Origin: an uncultured Chitinophagales bacterium
Lineage (GTDB): Bacteria; Bacteroidota; Bacteroidia; Chitinophagales; BACL12
Assembly: GCA_964463165.1 (NCBI GenBank)
Contig: CAYXBK010000015.1
Location: 13,957-77,956 of the forward strand
Direction of reading: 5' to 3'
Length of the DNA stretch: 64,000 nucleotides
The notes under the pieces are model-generated. The model worked only from the letters and a program-made list of their open reading frames with translations, did no database searches and had not been told where the DNA came from. The translations under genes and the position numbers were made by a program. Below, piece by piece: positions 37,220 through 47,300 of this stretch; position 1 is the stretch's first letter, and every line of letters starts with the position of its first letter.

Positions 37220-37711
37220 ATGAGAAGAATATATGTCATAGCATTAATGATGGCACTAATAAGTTCATGCACTCTAAACGAACATTCAGATTTAAAAACT
37301 AACGAAACACAAAATATGGAAAAGCAAGAAAAACAAAAAATAGAAACACTTTTAAGTGAGTATCAGAAGTCATTAAATACTTCAGATGCAAAATTTGCGC
37401 AGTCTTTATACACAAAAGACGGGATTTTTATGCCAACAGAAGCTCCTTCAGGGATTGGATCGATAGGTATTTTGAAATCATACGAATATGTCTTTTCACA
37501 AATCCAGCTGAATATTGAATTCTTTATTGAAGAAATTCAAATAGAAGGAAATATGGCTTTTGCCGTTACCAGTTCGAAAGGTTCATCATTAATCCGTGCG
37601 ACAGGAGTATCAATCCCGGAAGCAAACAGAGAATTGTTTGTGTTTGAAAAGGTAAATAATGATTGGAAAATTGCACGATATATGTTTAATAAAACCCAAC
37701 CTGGAAAATAA
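37220..37711 (+). CDS. NTF2-like (DUF4440/SnoaL-type) lipoprotein
   Basis: Start at ATG 37220 (MRRIYVIALMMALISSC, lipobox), 1 nt after the NmrA stop. LYTKDGIFMP...FVFEKVNNDWKIARYMFN is NTF2-fold-like. The ORF-track extension back to 36980 overlaps NmrA and is rejected. Confidence 0.7.
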   Translation: MRRIYVIALMMALISSCTLNEHSDLKTNETQNMEKQEKQKIETLLSEYQKSLNTSDAKFAQSLYTKDGIFMPTEAPSGIGSIGILKSYEYVFSQIQLNIEFFIEEIQIEGNMAFAVTSSKGSSLIRATGVSIPEANRELFVFEKVNNDWKIARYMFNKTQPGK

Positions 37712-37886
37712 TCCCCCCCTATATCAAAGGTTTTGCATTAACGGGTGGACAATACGAATAGAAAAATTGGAGAAATTAATAAACTTTGGTTCTGGCAGAC
37801 AGTTTATGGTTCAGAAGTTCATCAACCTCAAACCCAAAACGTTATCCGCCATCCTTTACAGACAAACAAACAAAACATTCATATAA

Positions 37887-38204
37887 AAAATGACTCCAAA
37901 ACAAATCCTGCAAAAATGGCTCGATGCATTTAATAAAGCTGATGCGGAGGCGATCTCGGATTTATATGCGGAAGATGCGATCAACCACCAGGTGGCGAAT
38001 GAACCTGTTGTTGGGAAAGCGGCAATAAAAAATATGTTTACAACAGAATTTGCGAATGCCGAAATGATTTGTATTCCTGAAAATATATTTGAGGACGGCG
38101 ATTGGGCAATTCTGGAATGGAAAGACCCGCTCGGGCTTCGCGGCTGCGGATTTTTCAAAATAGAGAATGATAAAATAATATTTCAAAGAGGTTATTGGGA
38201 TAAA
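37887..38204 (+). repeat. Direct repeat copy 2
   Basis: Offset of 3606 nt from copy 1; see 34281-34598. Confidence 0.95.
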
Positions 38205-38246
38205 TTATCATTCAACAGATTGCATCCTATTCAGCCGGCTGATTAA
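37890..38246 (+). CDS. NTF2-like (SnoaL-type) small protein, copy 2
   Basis: 118 aa, identical to copy 1 for 108 residues. Only the last 10 residues differ (NRLHPIQPAD vs HKIHNIPLTI). Confidence 0.8.
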   Translation: MTPKQILQKWLDAFNKADAEAISDLYAEDAINHQVANEPVVGKAAIKNMFTTEFANAEMICIPENIFEDGDWAILEWKDPLGLRGCGFFKIENDKIIFQRGYWDKLSFNRLHPIQPAD

Positions 38247-38440
38247 AATTTCTTCTTTCTTCAATTTCATTTTAACCCGGCCGGTTCCCGCAACACAACT
38301 GCGACTCTCACCTTTTTAGCCAGTTTACCATTACAAACAGAAAGTGGGAATTATGCAATATCCATCCAAAATTCTGTAAGAGTTGAAATTTAAAATTACC
38401 GGATTTTTACAACCCGTAAATCAAAATTTCATTTTCATTC

Positions 38441-38833
38441 ATGACCATATCCATACTTAAAAGGATTTTCGAAACCTATTCACCAATGTTGTATGGCGTG
38501 GCTTTGGAAATTTGCGGAACAAAGGAACTGGCTGAAGAGATCATTATAAAAACCTTCGAGAAAATTTATAAACAAAATATCGGAGAACAAGTGAACGACG
38601 CTTTGTTTATCCCGCTTATTAAAATTCTTTTTCAAACAACCGGCGAACATTTGAAAGAGATGCAAGTGCAGCATGCTATCAATCAGAATCCTTTTGAAAA
38701 AACAACCGAATTGCGCAACGTATTGATTGGGCTTAAGGATTCAGATGTGGGCAACAATGCGCATTCATGTGTGAGCGGAAAATTATTGAGGGAAGAAATA
38801 AATAAAATGCGCAAAGAAAATATTTTATCGTAG
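38441..38833 (+). CDS. Small sigma-70-like protein (region 2-like N-terminus, degenerate region 4)
   Basis: 130 aa. YSPMLYGVALEICGTKELAEEIIIKTFEKIY resembles sigma-70 region 2. The C-terminal similarity is weak. Confidence 0.45.
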   Translation: MTISILKRIFETYSPMLYGVALEICGTKELAEEIIIKTFEKIYKQNIGEQVNDALFIPLIKILFQTTGEHLKEMQVQHAINQNPFEKTTELRNVLIGLKDSDVGNNAHSCVSGKLLREEINKMRKENILS

Positions 38834-38861
38834 TACAAAGCATTTCGGGTAATCTCACCTT

Positions 38862-39824
38862 TTATACATCAGGCTCTGAATTGCTGATATATTTGAAGGT
38901 CGGCCCTGCATTACCCTCTTTTCCGATCAACGGAATTTGCATCAGTTTTTTTGCGATGGGCTCGAGCATCAGCATGATATAAATCCCATCCTGAATATTC
39001 CCGTAACCGTTATAAGCAAGGTGCAATGCATCAAGCATATTGCTGTAGAGCGTATTAAATTTCTTATTTAATTGTTTCGCTTCATCACTGAAATAATTCT
39101 CATCAGGATTTGGAGCAACAGGATATACATCTTCTTCAATTTTCCATTTTCCGGAATTGATCAGATGAAATATTTCATTGAATTTCCAGTAATGCGTTAA
39201 TTCATGATCTTTATCGTAATGATTTTTCAGATTATGCCCCTCCCCCTGATCCAGAATTTCTTCCATGGCCGCAACTGCTTCTTCTCTGCTGCTAACCGTA
39301 TATAAAATTCCATGGGCAGGGTTTGCAGAATTATCTATTTGCCCTCCATGCCTGAAATCATCATCTGAAATGATCGGGTCGTTTATTAAATGAATGATCA
39401 TCCGGTAAAACTGCCCGATCGTTGCCCATTTTTTTTCCAGATGCACTTCTTCCAGTATTTCTTCGGGCAATTCAATTCGCATAAAAGTTTCTATTGCATC
39501 GGCGCTGCAAGGAGCAAGTCCAACTTTAAATGCATTCACCGTATGTGAATGCCCCGGCAGATAAGAAGGATAATCCGGAATAAATTCCTTTCCCTGAATC
39601 AGTGGTTTACCGCCTAATGCATTCAGAATATTACAAGCCATTCCCATATGCAGCATTTCTTCCCTGATGACACTTAAAATTAAAGCAGCAGCATTTTGGG
39701 CATGCTCCGACGTGCCGAATACAGACCAGTAAGCAGTGAGATATGGCGGTAAGGTAGCATGCTCGATCTCAATCGCCGTTTGCAAATGTTCCTTTAATTT
39801 ATTTATTAAATAGCTGTGTGTCAT
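38862..39824 (-). CDS. Ferritin-like domain protein
   Basis: 320 aa. AIEIEHATLPPYLTAYWS...REEMLHMGMACNILNALGG matches the ferritin-like di-iron helical family. Confidence 0.75.
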   Translation of the reverse strand: MTHSYLINKLKEHLQTAIEIEHATLPPYLTAYWSVFGTSEHAQNAAALILSVIREEMLHMGMACNILNALGGKPLIQGKEFIPDYPSYLPGHSHTVNAFKVGLAPCSADAIETFMRIELPEEILEEVHLEKKWATIGQFYRMIIHLINDPIISDDDFRHGGQIDNSANPAHGILYTVSSREEAVAAMEEILDQGEGHNLKNHYDKDHELTHYWKFNEIFHLINSGKWKIEEDVYPVAPNPDENYFSDEAKQLNKKFNTLYSNMLDALHLAYNGYGNIQDGIYIMLMLEPIAKKLMQIPLIGKEGNAGPTFKYISNSEPDV

Positions 39825-39908
39825 GAACCGGTTTTAAACAACAGCGAATTTACATTTTTGAGTTGAAATATTTTCTTAATTTTAACTGGATAAAAAAATA
39901 CGTCAGGC

Positions 39909-40727
39909 ATGTTGTTAAAAAATCTCTTTCATGTCCGGGTGCTTTTCATTTGCATCATTTTTATGGTGTTGCCTGGTTTTAATTCAACCGAAACGAAAGA
40001 GGTGCGCAATTTCAAAAATTATTTTGATGCATTCCAGGTATCAGGTTCATTTATATTGTACGATCAGGATAACAACCATTCTGTTGTATACAACGAACAG
40101 CAATTAAATGAACAATTTATTCCTGCTTCCACATTTAAAATCTGCAATTCCCTTATCGGCCTTGAAACAGGTATTATTCCCGATGAAAATTTTATTATTC
40201 CATGGGATAGCGTTGTGCGGAGAAACCCGGACTGGAACGCAAGTCAGGATTTGAAAACTGCTTTTAAAAATTCAACGGTATGGTATTACCAGGAATTAGC
40301 AAGGCGGGTGGGTGGAGAAAAAATGGATTACTGGCTGAAAAAAGCAGGTTACGGGAATGCCGACACATCGGGTGGTATCGACCAATTCTGGTTAACGGGT
40401 GGATTGCGCATTTCACCTGCAGAACAAATTGATTTTTTAAAAAGATTATATCATAATGAGCTGCCTTTTTCACAGCGGTCAATGGACATTGTGAAAAAAA
40501 TTATGATACAGGAAGAAACAACTGAATATATTCTGCGCATGAAAACAGGCTGGGGCGTGATGCAGGATACGGATATCGGATGGGATGTCGGTTACCTTGA
40601 AGCAAACAATCATGTTTATTATTTTGCCAACTGTATTCAATGCAACGATCCGAATAATATGAATTTTGGTATTGCACGTACAGCAATTGTTGATTCAGTT
40701 CTGCATGAATTAAAATTAAAAGAATAA
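39909..40727 (+). CDS. Class D (OXA-type) beta-lactamase
   Basis: 272 aa with a signal peptide. All class D motifs are present and in order: STFK (40128-40139), STV (SxV), YGN, KTG (MKTGWG). Confidence 0.85.
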   Translation: MLLKNLFHVRVLFICIIFMVLPGFNSTETKEVRNFKNYFDAFQVSGSFILYDQDNNHSVVYNEQQLNEQFIPASTFKICNSLIGLETGIIPDENFIIPWDSVVRRNPDWNASQDLKTAFKNSTVWYYQELARRVGGEKMDYWLKKAGYGNADTSGGIDQFWLTGGLRISPAEQIDFLKRLYHNELPFSQRSMDIVKKIMIQEETTEYILRMKTGWGVMQDTDIGWDVGYLEANNHVYYFANCIQCNDPNNMNFGIARTAIVDSVLHELKLKE

Positions 40728-40729
40728 AC

Positions 40730-41122
40730 TTGTCTGCCGCATTTGATAAAATTAAATCACTGACGCAGCTCTATTCACTTTTGCCGGATCACGAACGCAT
40801 TATGGTGGATGTTTTAAGGCAGATTGTATTACACACTTTACCGGATTGCAAAGAAAAAATATCATTTAATGTTCCTTATTTTTTCCGGAAGAAGGGTATC
40901 TGCATCATCTGGCCTGCAACAATACCGCGGGGCGGCATCAAATCAGGAGTGTTATTCGGTATCTGGTACGGAAATAAAATTCCCGATCCGGATGGCTATC
41001 TGAAGCACGGAACGAACAAACAGATATTTTATAAAATATTCCAGTCGGTTGATGAAATAAAAGAAAAACCGATCATGAAATTATTGAAAGCAGCAAAGCA
41101 ACTGGATGATACATGGAAATAA
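40730..41122 (+). CDS. DUF1801 (YdhG-like) domain protein
   Basis: 130 aa with a TTG start 2 nt after the beta-lactamase stop. LRQIVLHTLPDCKEKISFNVPYF fits DUF1801. The start is uncertain. Confidence 0.55.
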   Translation: MSAAFDKIKSLTQLYSLLPDHERIMVDVLRQIVLHTLPDCKEKISFNVPYFFRKKGICIIWPATIPRGGIKSGVLFGIWYGNKIPDPDGYLKHGTNKQIFYKIFQSVDEIKEKPIMKLLKAAKQLDDTWK

Positions 41123-41135
41123 ATACGCTTCCAAT

Positions 41136-41345
41136 TCAATCAAGCGCCACACAATCAAATCCAACTTCATTTAAAACAGCGATGATCGATTCATTGCAAA
41201 TCAATTCTCCCGCAACCCGCAAAATTTTATCACAATCTTCAAGATCGAAATTTATTTTATAATGCGGATACAACGTATTTAATTTATGGATCAGCCATTG
41301 TGCAGGTTCCGGCGCATTAACATTCGTTTTAAAAACTTCCACCAT
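41136..41345 (-). CDS. Small hypothetical protein
   Basis: 69-aa ORF with good coding composition and no recognised family. Confidence 0.45.
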   Translation of the reverse strand: MVEVFKTNVNAPEPAQWLIHKLNTLYPHYKINFDLEDCDKILRVAGELICNESIIAVLNEVGFDCVALD

Positions 41346-41375
41346 GAGATCGGTATGAATTGCTGCAGCAGTTAA

Positions 41376-41798
41376 TTATACAGTTTTGCCGTCGTAATTG
41401 ATCATCCAGCCGACACCAAATTTATCTACACACATACCAAAAAGATCGGCCCAGAATGTTTTTTCCAGGGGCATATTTATTTTACCTCCTTCAGAAAGGC
41501 CATCAAAAATACTTTTTGCATGTGCCTCGCTGTTTGCATTCACAGATATCCAGCAATTATCCCCGAATTTTGCAGGCGGATAAGACGATGGACAATCACT
41601 TCCCAATAAAAATGAATCTTCCCCGATCGGTAATGAAATATGCAGGATGCGGTTACCGTCTTCTTTTTCCGGGCTGTCAAAAGGCATATCTTTATACCGC
41701 TGCAAATTATTGAATTCATTTCCGAAAACGGATTTATAATGGTTGAATGCGTCTTCCGCATTTCCGTTGAAATTTAAATAAGGATTTAAAGTTGCCAT
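41376..41798 (-). CDS. VOC-superfamily protein (PhnB-like)
   Basis: 140 aa. LNPYLNFNGNAEDAFNHYKSVFG...DKFGVGWMI is the PhnB-like glyoxalase-fold pattern. Confidence 0.8.
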   Translation of the reverse strand: MATLNPYLNFNGNAEDAFNHYKSVFGNEFNNLQRYKDMPFDSPEKEDGNRILHISLPIGEDSFLLGSDCPSSYPPAKFGDNCWISVNANSEAHAKSIFDGLSEGGKINMPLEKTFWADLFGMCVDKFGVGWMINYDGKTV

Positions 41799-41849
41799 TG
41801 TTTTTATTTTTGAATGAAATAATTAATTCTATTTTAGAAACCGGATGCA

Positions 41850-42251
41850 CTATAAATATAAAAGCCAGTTCATGCCGAATTTATCCGTAATCGCTCCGAT
41901 GGTACCCGCATAAAATTCATGAAGCGGCCTCGTGATTTTCCCGCCCGCAGACAATTTCGAAAAAAAATCTTTGATCTCCGTTTCATTGCTGCATGTTAAA
42001 GAAATAAAAATACGGCCCTTTGCATTTTCATCTTCCGGTCCGCCCATATCCGATGCCATGATCATCATACCGTCGTGCATTAAAGTTGCATGCAGAATAT
42101 GATCCTGCACATCAGATGGCCATTCAGCAGACATCGGCGAATCATGAATTGTTTGCAACGAAAGTTCACCGCCAAAACAGGCCTGATAAAACTGCATCGC
42201 TTCCCGGCAATTTCCATTGAAAATGAGGTACGGATGAATCTGCATATGCAT
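41850..42251 (-). CDS. VOC-superfamily protein (PhnB-like), second copy
   Basis: 133 aa. IHPYLIFNGNCREAMQFYQACFGG...DKFGMNWLL. The start may be ATG 42245. Confidence 0.8.
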   Translation of the reverse strand: MHMQIHPYLIFNGNCREAMQFYQACFGGELSLQTIHDSPMSAEWPSDVQDHILHATLMHDGMMIMASDMGGPEDENAKGRIFISLTCSNETEIKDFFSKLSAGGKITRPLHEFYAGTIGAITDKFGMNWLLYL

Positions 42252-42355
42252 TGAATAATAGCTGCAAACTTATTTCAGGATCCGAAAATGGTGAGGGTGC
42301 AAACACGGCAATGTATGGGGTTGATTGCGACAAGAACATGGTGTAGATTTGCCTT

Positions 42356-43336
42356 ATGAAACATGTTTCCATTCTGGTGCCTCGTGGTGCCGCAGCCCTG
42401 AGTTGTATTGAAGGATCGTATAAAGCTTTTACAACAGCAAATACTTTTTTGATAAATAAAGGAAATGAACCGCTATTTCGTGTGGAGCTTGTCGGCATTT
42501 CAAATGAACCACAGGTATACGACAAATTATTTAAGGTGGAACCGGATATATCAATTGATGCATTGCAAAAAACCGATCTGATCATTATTCCCGCCGTGAA
42601 TGGAAAATGGGAAGATGTGATTGCTTTAAACGAGCCGTTTTTTCCCTGGATTCGTGAAAGGCATGCGGAAGGTGCGGAAGTTGCAAGTTTATGTGTGGGA
42701 GCTTTTCTGCTTGCTGCAACAGGTTTGCTGGAGGGAAAAAGTTGTTCGACACATTGGCTGGGTCACGATGATTTCATTAAAATGTTTCCCGGGATACATC
42801 TGGTATCGGATAAAATAATTACGGATGAAAATGGAATTTATTCAAGCGGCGGTGCAAATTCATTCTGGAATTTATTATTATACATTATAGAAAAATATAC
42901 CACACGAGAACTTGCAGTGCAGGAAGCAAAATTTTATGAAATTGAAATCGATAGGAATAATCAGTCGCAGTTTATGATATTCAACGGACAAAAAAGCCAT
43001 GAAGATGAACCCGTGAAAAAAGCACAGGAGTTTATTGAGCAGCATTTTCATGAAAAAACAAGTGTCGAACAATTGGCGGACATGTTTGCGATCGGCAGAA
43101 GAAGTTTTGAAAGGCGTTTTAAGAAAGCAACAAATAATACAATCGTGGAATATATTCAGCGGGTGAAAATTGAAGCGGCGAAAAAAAATCTTGAGAACAG
43201 CAGAAAAAATATAAATGAGGTGATGTATGAAGTAGGGTATTCAGATACGAAAGCCTTCAGAACAACTTTCAAAAAAATAACCGGCCTCTCTCCTATTGAA
43301 TACCGCAATAAATTCAACCGTGAAGTTGCAGCATAA
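42356..43336 (+). CDS. GlxA-family transcriptional regulator (DJ-1/PfpI + AraC HTH)
   Basis: 326 aa with the DJ-1 nucleophile-elbow region (VASLCVGAFLLAATGLL) and an AraC-type HTH (YEVGYSDTKAFRTTFKKITGLSPIEYR). Confidence 0.85.
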   Translation: MKHVSILVPRGAAALSCIEGSYKAFTTANTFLINKGNEPLFRVELVGISNEPQVYDKLFKVEPDISIDALQKTDLIIIPAVNGKWEDVIALNEPFFPWIRERHAEGAEVASLCVGAFLLAATGLLEGKSCSTHWLGHDDFIKMFPGIHLVSDKIITDENGIYSSGGANSFWNLLLYIIEKYTTRELAVQEAKFYEIEIDRNNQSQFMIFNGQKSHEDEPVKKAQEFIEQHFHEKTSVEQLADMFAIGRRSFERRFKKATNNTIVEYIQRVKIEAAKKNLENSRKNINEVMYEVGYSDTKAFRTTFKKITGLSPIEYRNKFNREVAA

Positions 43337-43395
43337 TAAATTTCATGCTGAAAAGTAAAATTGCTTTAATACAATCCGATACGTAGTTTTACTTT

Positions 43396-43821
43396 ATGAA
43401 ATTTATCACGATCATTTCCATATTGTTTATTGCAGCCTGCGGCACAAAACAAAAATCAATTCCTTCTGCGTTTTCTGAGGGTGCACATTGTTACCGGTAT
43501 GTTTTGAGTTTCGACACGATCTCAATGCAGATTCAAATTAATGGCGATCGGTTTTCAGGCTCAATGGATTATCAGTTTTTTGAAAAAGACCAAAGCCATG
43601 GAACGATAAGCGGAACAATTGCGGGTGATAAACTGATCGGTGATTATAAATTTTCTTCAGAGGGAACAGAATCAGTTTCACAGATTATATTTAAGAAAAA
43701 TACTGATGACCTGCAGGTGGGTTTCGGAGAAATGGAAGAAAAAGACGGACGCCTTGTTTATAAAGATACGGCAAGCCTGAAATTCGAAACATTTATTCTG
43801 AATGAGATACCTTGTAAATAA
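43396..43821 (+). CDS. Lipoprotein, unknown function
   Basis: 141 aa with lipobox LFIAACG. Confidence 0.6.
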   Translation: MKFITIISILFIAACGTKQKSIPSAFSEGAHCYRYVLSFDTISMQIQINGDRFSGSMDYQFFEKDQSHGTISGTIAGDKLIGDYKFSSEGTESVSQIIFKKNTDDLQVGFGEMEEKDGRLVYKDTASLKFETFILNEIPCK

Positions 43822-43919
43822 TGTGTCATCTCTTGCAATGCATATGATTTTTGTCAAAAGGCTATAAATGTTTACCACCATTCGGGCATTTTGCATAACT
43901 TTCTGTAAAAATCATACAG

Positions 43920-44336
43920 ATGGCAACCCAATCCTACAAATTTCCTACTTTGATCGGCATATTGAGTATCGCCGCACTCAGCGCTTCATGTGGTAAAGAA
44001 AAAACAGCAGACGACAATACCAGCCCCGTTATTATTGTGCAGGACCCATTTTCCGGGGAGCAGTTCAATTACCAGGATACCGTTCATTTATCTGCAGATA
44101 TATCGGATGAATCGGAAATAAAAGATGTAACGGTTTCCATTATCACAGCCTCAGATACAATAGAATTCTGGCCACCGGCTCCTGTTGTTTTTGGAAATGT
44201 AACGAGTTACAGCCTCGATGATGACATTATAAACGGAATTGCAGTTGCTGTACCAACCGATGTGATCATGCGTTTTTCCGCATCAGATAAACATGATAAT
44301 TCTGCATTTGTGGATGTGGCGATTCAACTAAAATAA
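43920..44336 (+). CDS. Lipoprotein with Ig-like domain (possibly DUF4625-like)
   Basis: 138 aa with lipobox ALSASCG. PVIIVQDPFSGEQF...VHLSADISD suggests an Ig-like fold. The family call is tentative. Confidence 0.55.
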   Translation: MATQSYKFPTLIGILSIAALSASCGKEKTADDNTSPVIIVQDPFSGEQFNYQDTVHLSADISDESEIKDVTVSIITASDTIEFWPPAPVVFGNVTSYSLDDDIINGIAVAVPTDVIMRFSASDKHDNSAFVDVAIQLK

Positions 44337-44356
44337 TATAACGCATCAGGGCTTGA

Positions 44357-47300
44357 TCATTCTTTCATAAATCGTGTAACCTGTATTGCACCTGCATCAT
44401 TCACATAATAGATAAAATATGGTGCAGCAGCAAATGAAGAAATATCAATTGTAAATGTATTTTGTCCGCTGTGCAATACAAATTTGCGGCTCAGGAGTTT
44501 TTTACCGGGAATATCTGTGATCTCAACAACAATTTGCTGATCGAAACTACTATTGACTGAGAAATTTAAATTTGCACTAACAGGATTCGGATAAACGATA
44601 AATGCGGGCGTCCCGTCTTCATCCACCCTGATTGCAATTGTATTACTGTATTCAAATGCGCCGTCAATATCCGTCATTCTTAATCGGTAATAATTAATTC
44701 CTGCAACAGGATCATCGTCGTAAAATGTATAATCCGATTCTACAAGTGAATTACCTGCAGCATTTACATTTCCTATCGTATAAAAATCAATTCCGTTTAT
44801 ACTTTTCTCCACACCAAAATAATCTGAATTTATTTCTGTTGCAGTTGTCCAGTGCAATTCATTTTCAGATCCGTTATACCAGCCGGTAAATGCAATTAAT
44901 TCGAGAGGCAATAAATAACAATCAGGAGTTTGCACAACAAAATCACCCTCATCTGCACCAATATCTGGTGTTGAGCCTGAGCGTGCATCACCCTCATAAT
45001 CTGTGGTAATTCCCGCTATAACAACGGCACCACTTTCTGCATAGGTTGTTGCACCTGTTGTCAGTTTTAAATTGTCCGGTAAAATTGGGCCGCCGGCAAA
45101 TGGTGGGACATCATAATAACTGTTTATTTCTCTTGTGCCGCCACCACTTAACGACATAAAATATTTGTAAGAAGTTATATCACTTGCCGTTAGAATATTA
45201 AAGCATGGATCATTATTCAAATTATTTGTTACATTTGTTGTAGCACCAGACCATGCATAACCATTTTTAATTGTTGAGGTTGAAGCCCCTTCTACATAAA
45301 TATAATTGCTGGATGCCGTATTAATAAAATAATAATTATTATTTGTTGATGATGTAATACTTGTAGTTGCTGGCGCAGTTGCCGCTACTCCCGCAGTTCC
45401 TTTTCTTACACAGGATGCAACACCATTTCCAACCGCAGTTGCATTTATATAAATTATATTATTTCGCAATGCTAAGATTCCGGCCCCATGATACATTCCG
45501 CATACACCAAATCCGCTTCCTCCAGAAACAATTGAATTTTCTCCAAATGCAATTGTATTATTAGAAACATTATAGGTACTTCCAACGGCAGAAGTATAAA
45601 TTCCATTAAGTGCTAAATTTTGTGTGCTGGATGGTGCTGTGAATCTCTGTAAAATATTATTATAAATAGCATAGGTAACAGACCCGGATGTTGCATAAAT
45701 ACCGATGATCATATCGCTTGCAGCACCACCAGAAAAGTTGGCAAGATCATTAGCAGAAACTGTTACAGTTGATGAAGTTGGAAATAAATAAATTCCGGAC
45801 ACAACCGCTGTTCCGCCGGCATTGTTGTGATATACATTTGTGATAGAAGAATTATCAATAAGCAAAGTATTTGGCGAAGTGCAACCACCGGCGCTTATTG
45901 CACGAATGAGTAAGGGTGATGCGCCTGTCGCAATAATACTATCAATTGTATTCGATAAAGCACTTATTAAGGTTGAAGCATGAATAGCAAGCCCTGACAG
46001 CGAACCTGTTGCACCGGTTCCAGAAGTAGAAATATCTGAAATTGAATTTCCGGAGACTACCACATTGGCATTACTTGATACATTTAATGAGGTTGCATTA
46101 AATCCGGTACATTGTAAACCGGATACATTTGCACCACCGGTAACAGTTTGAATCACATTATTATTTGCAGAAGATGAAGAATTCATTCCATCGATAATAA
46201 TTCCGGAAGTAAAAACACTAGTTCCGGTCCCTCCTGTGATATGTGATACTGTATTTGAATTAACTATTTTATTTTGAGCAGGAGCAGTTGTGATCCGTAT
46301 ACCGATTGCTGATGATGGAGATCCGGATGGAACAGATAAATTATAAATGATATTTCCGGTTACTGTTTCGGTACCGGAAGCGGCAACGCCGTTATTATAA
46401 TAACCATATAAACTTGCAGACCCGGAACCGGTTTTAGAATTATTTAATAATTGATTATTAGTAATTGTTGTATTCGGTGTAGCGGTATTATTATTGATCA
46501 AAAGCAAATCATTTATTCCAACCGATGCGGTAGAATTTAATGTATTATTCTGAATGATATTATCTGAAATAGTAATTGTCGAAGCAACAAATAACTGATC
46601 TATGCCGCGGAAGGTACCGCTTGATGAAACTGAAAAACTGCAATTTTGAATTGTATTGGAGGTGATGGAGACCGTGGTTGCAAGATGGCCCGAAGATGAA
46701 CCTGATTTAATGCCATACATCGCACTGGTTGCCGAACCCTGCGTTAAAGAAATTGTATTGTTTGTGATGGCTAAATTTGCAACCGAAGTTGTGGTATTGC
46801 TCCCATTAAAAATTCCATATAAAATACTTGTGGAAGCCGATCCCCCGCTTGCCGTATTATTAATTGAATTATTGGAGATGACATGATTATTTTGATAAAT
46901 CACATAAATTCCGAATACAGCGGAAGATCCGCCTGAACCATAATTTTCAATTGTATTACCGGCACCTGCCTGCCCGATCTCATTATTTTGATCATAGTAG
47001 GTATAAGGTGACACCAAATCATAATATCCGCGAATTACAATTCCGTGATGAACATTTTTAATTGTGTTCGAAGCATAAACATTATTGTCATTCCGGCCAG
47101 TTGTTGTAGAAATTACCAAAGTACTTGTCAGCGCAGTTCTTGTAATATTTCCCGAAAAAATTCCTTTTGATCCATCTTCAAATTGGGATGGCCCTGTACT
47201 GACATTCGAAGCTTTTAAAGTGATTGCGCAATTTTTAATTGTATTATGCTGGCAACCATCTGTATTTGAATTCTTAAATAATGCATATCCATATTCCATT

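Noticed and set aside
42166-42585. A 139-aa minus-strand ORF spanning the VOC gene start and the GlxA gene start.
   Set aside because: It overlaps two well-supported genes and the promoter region between them, and its sequence is not protein-like.
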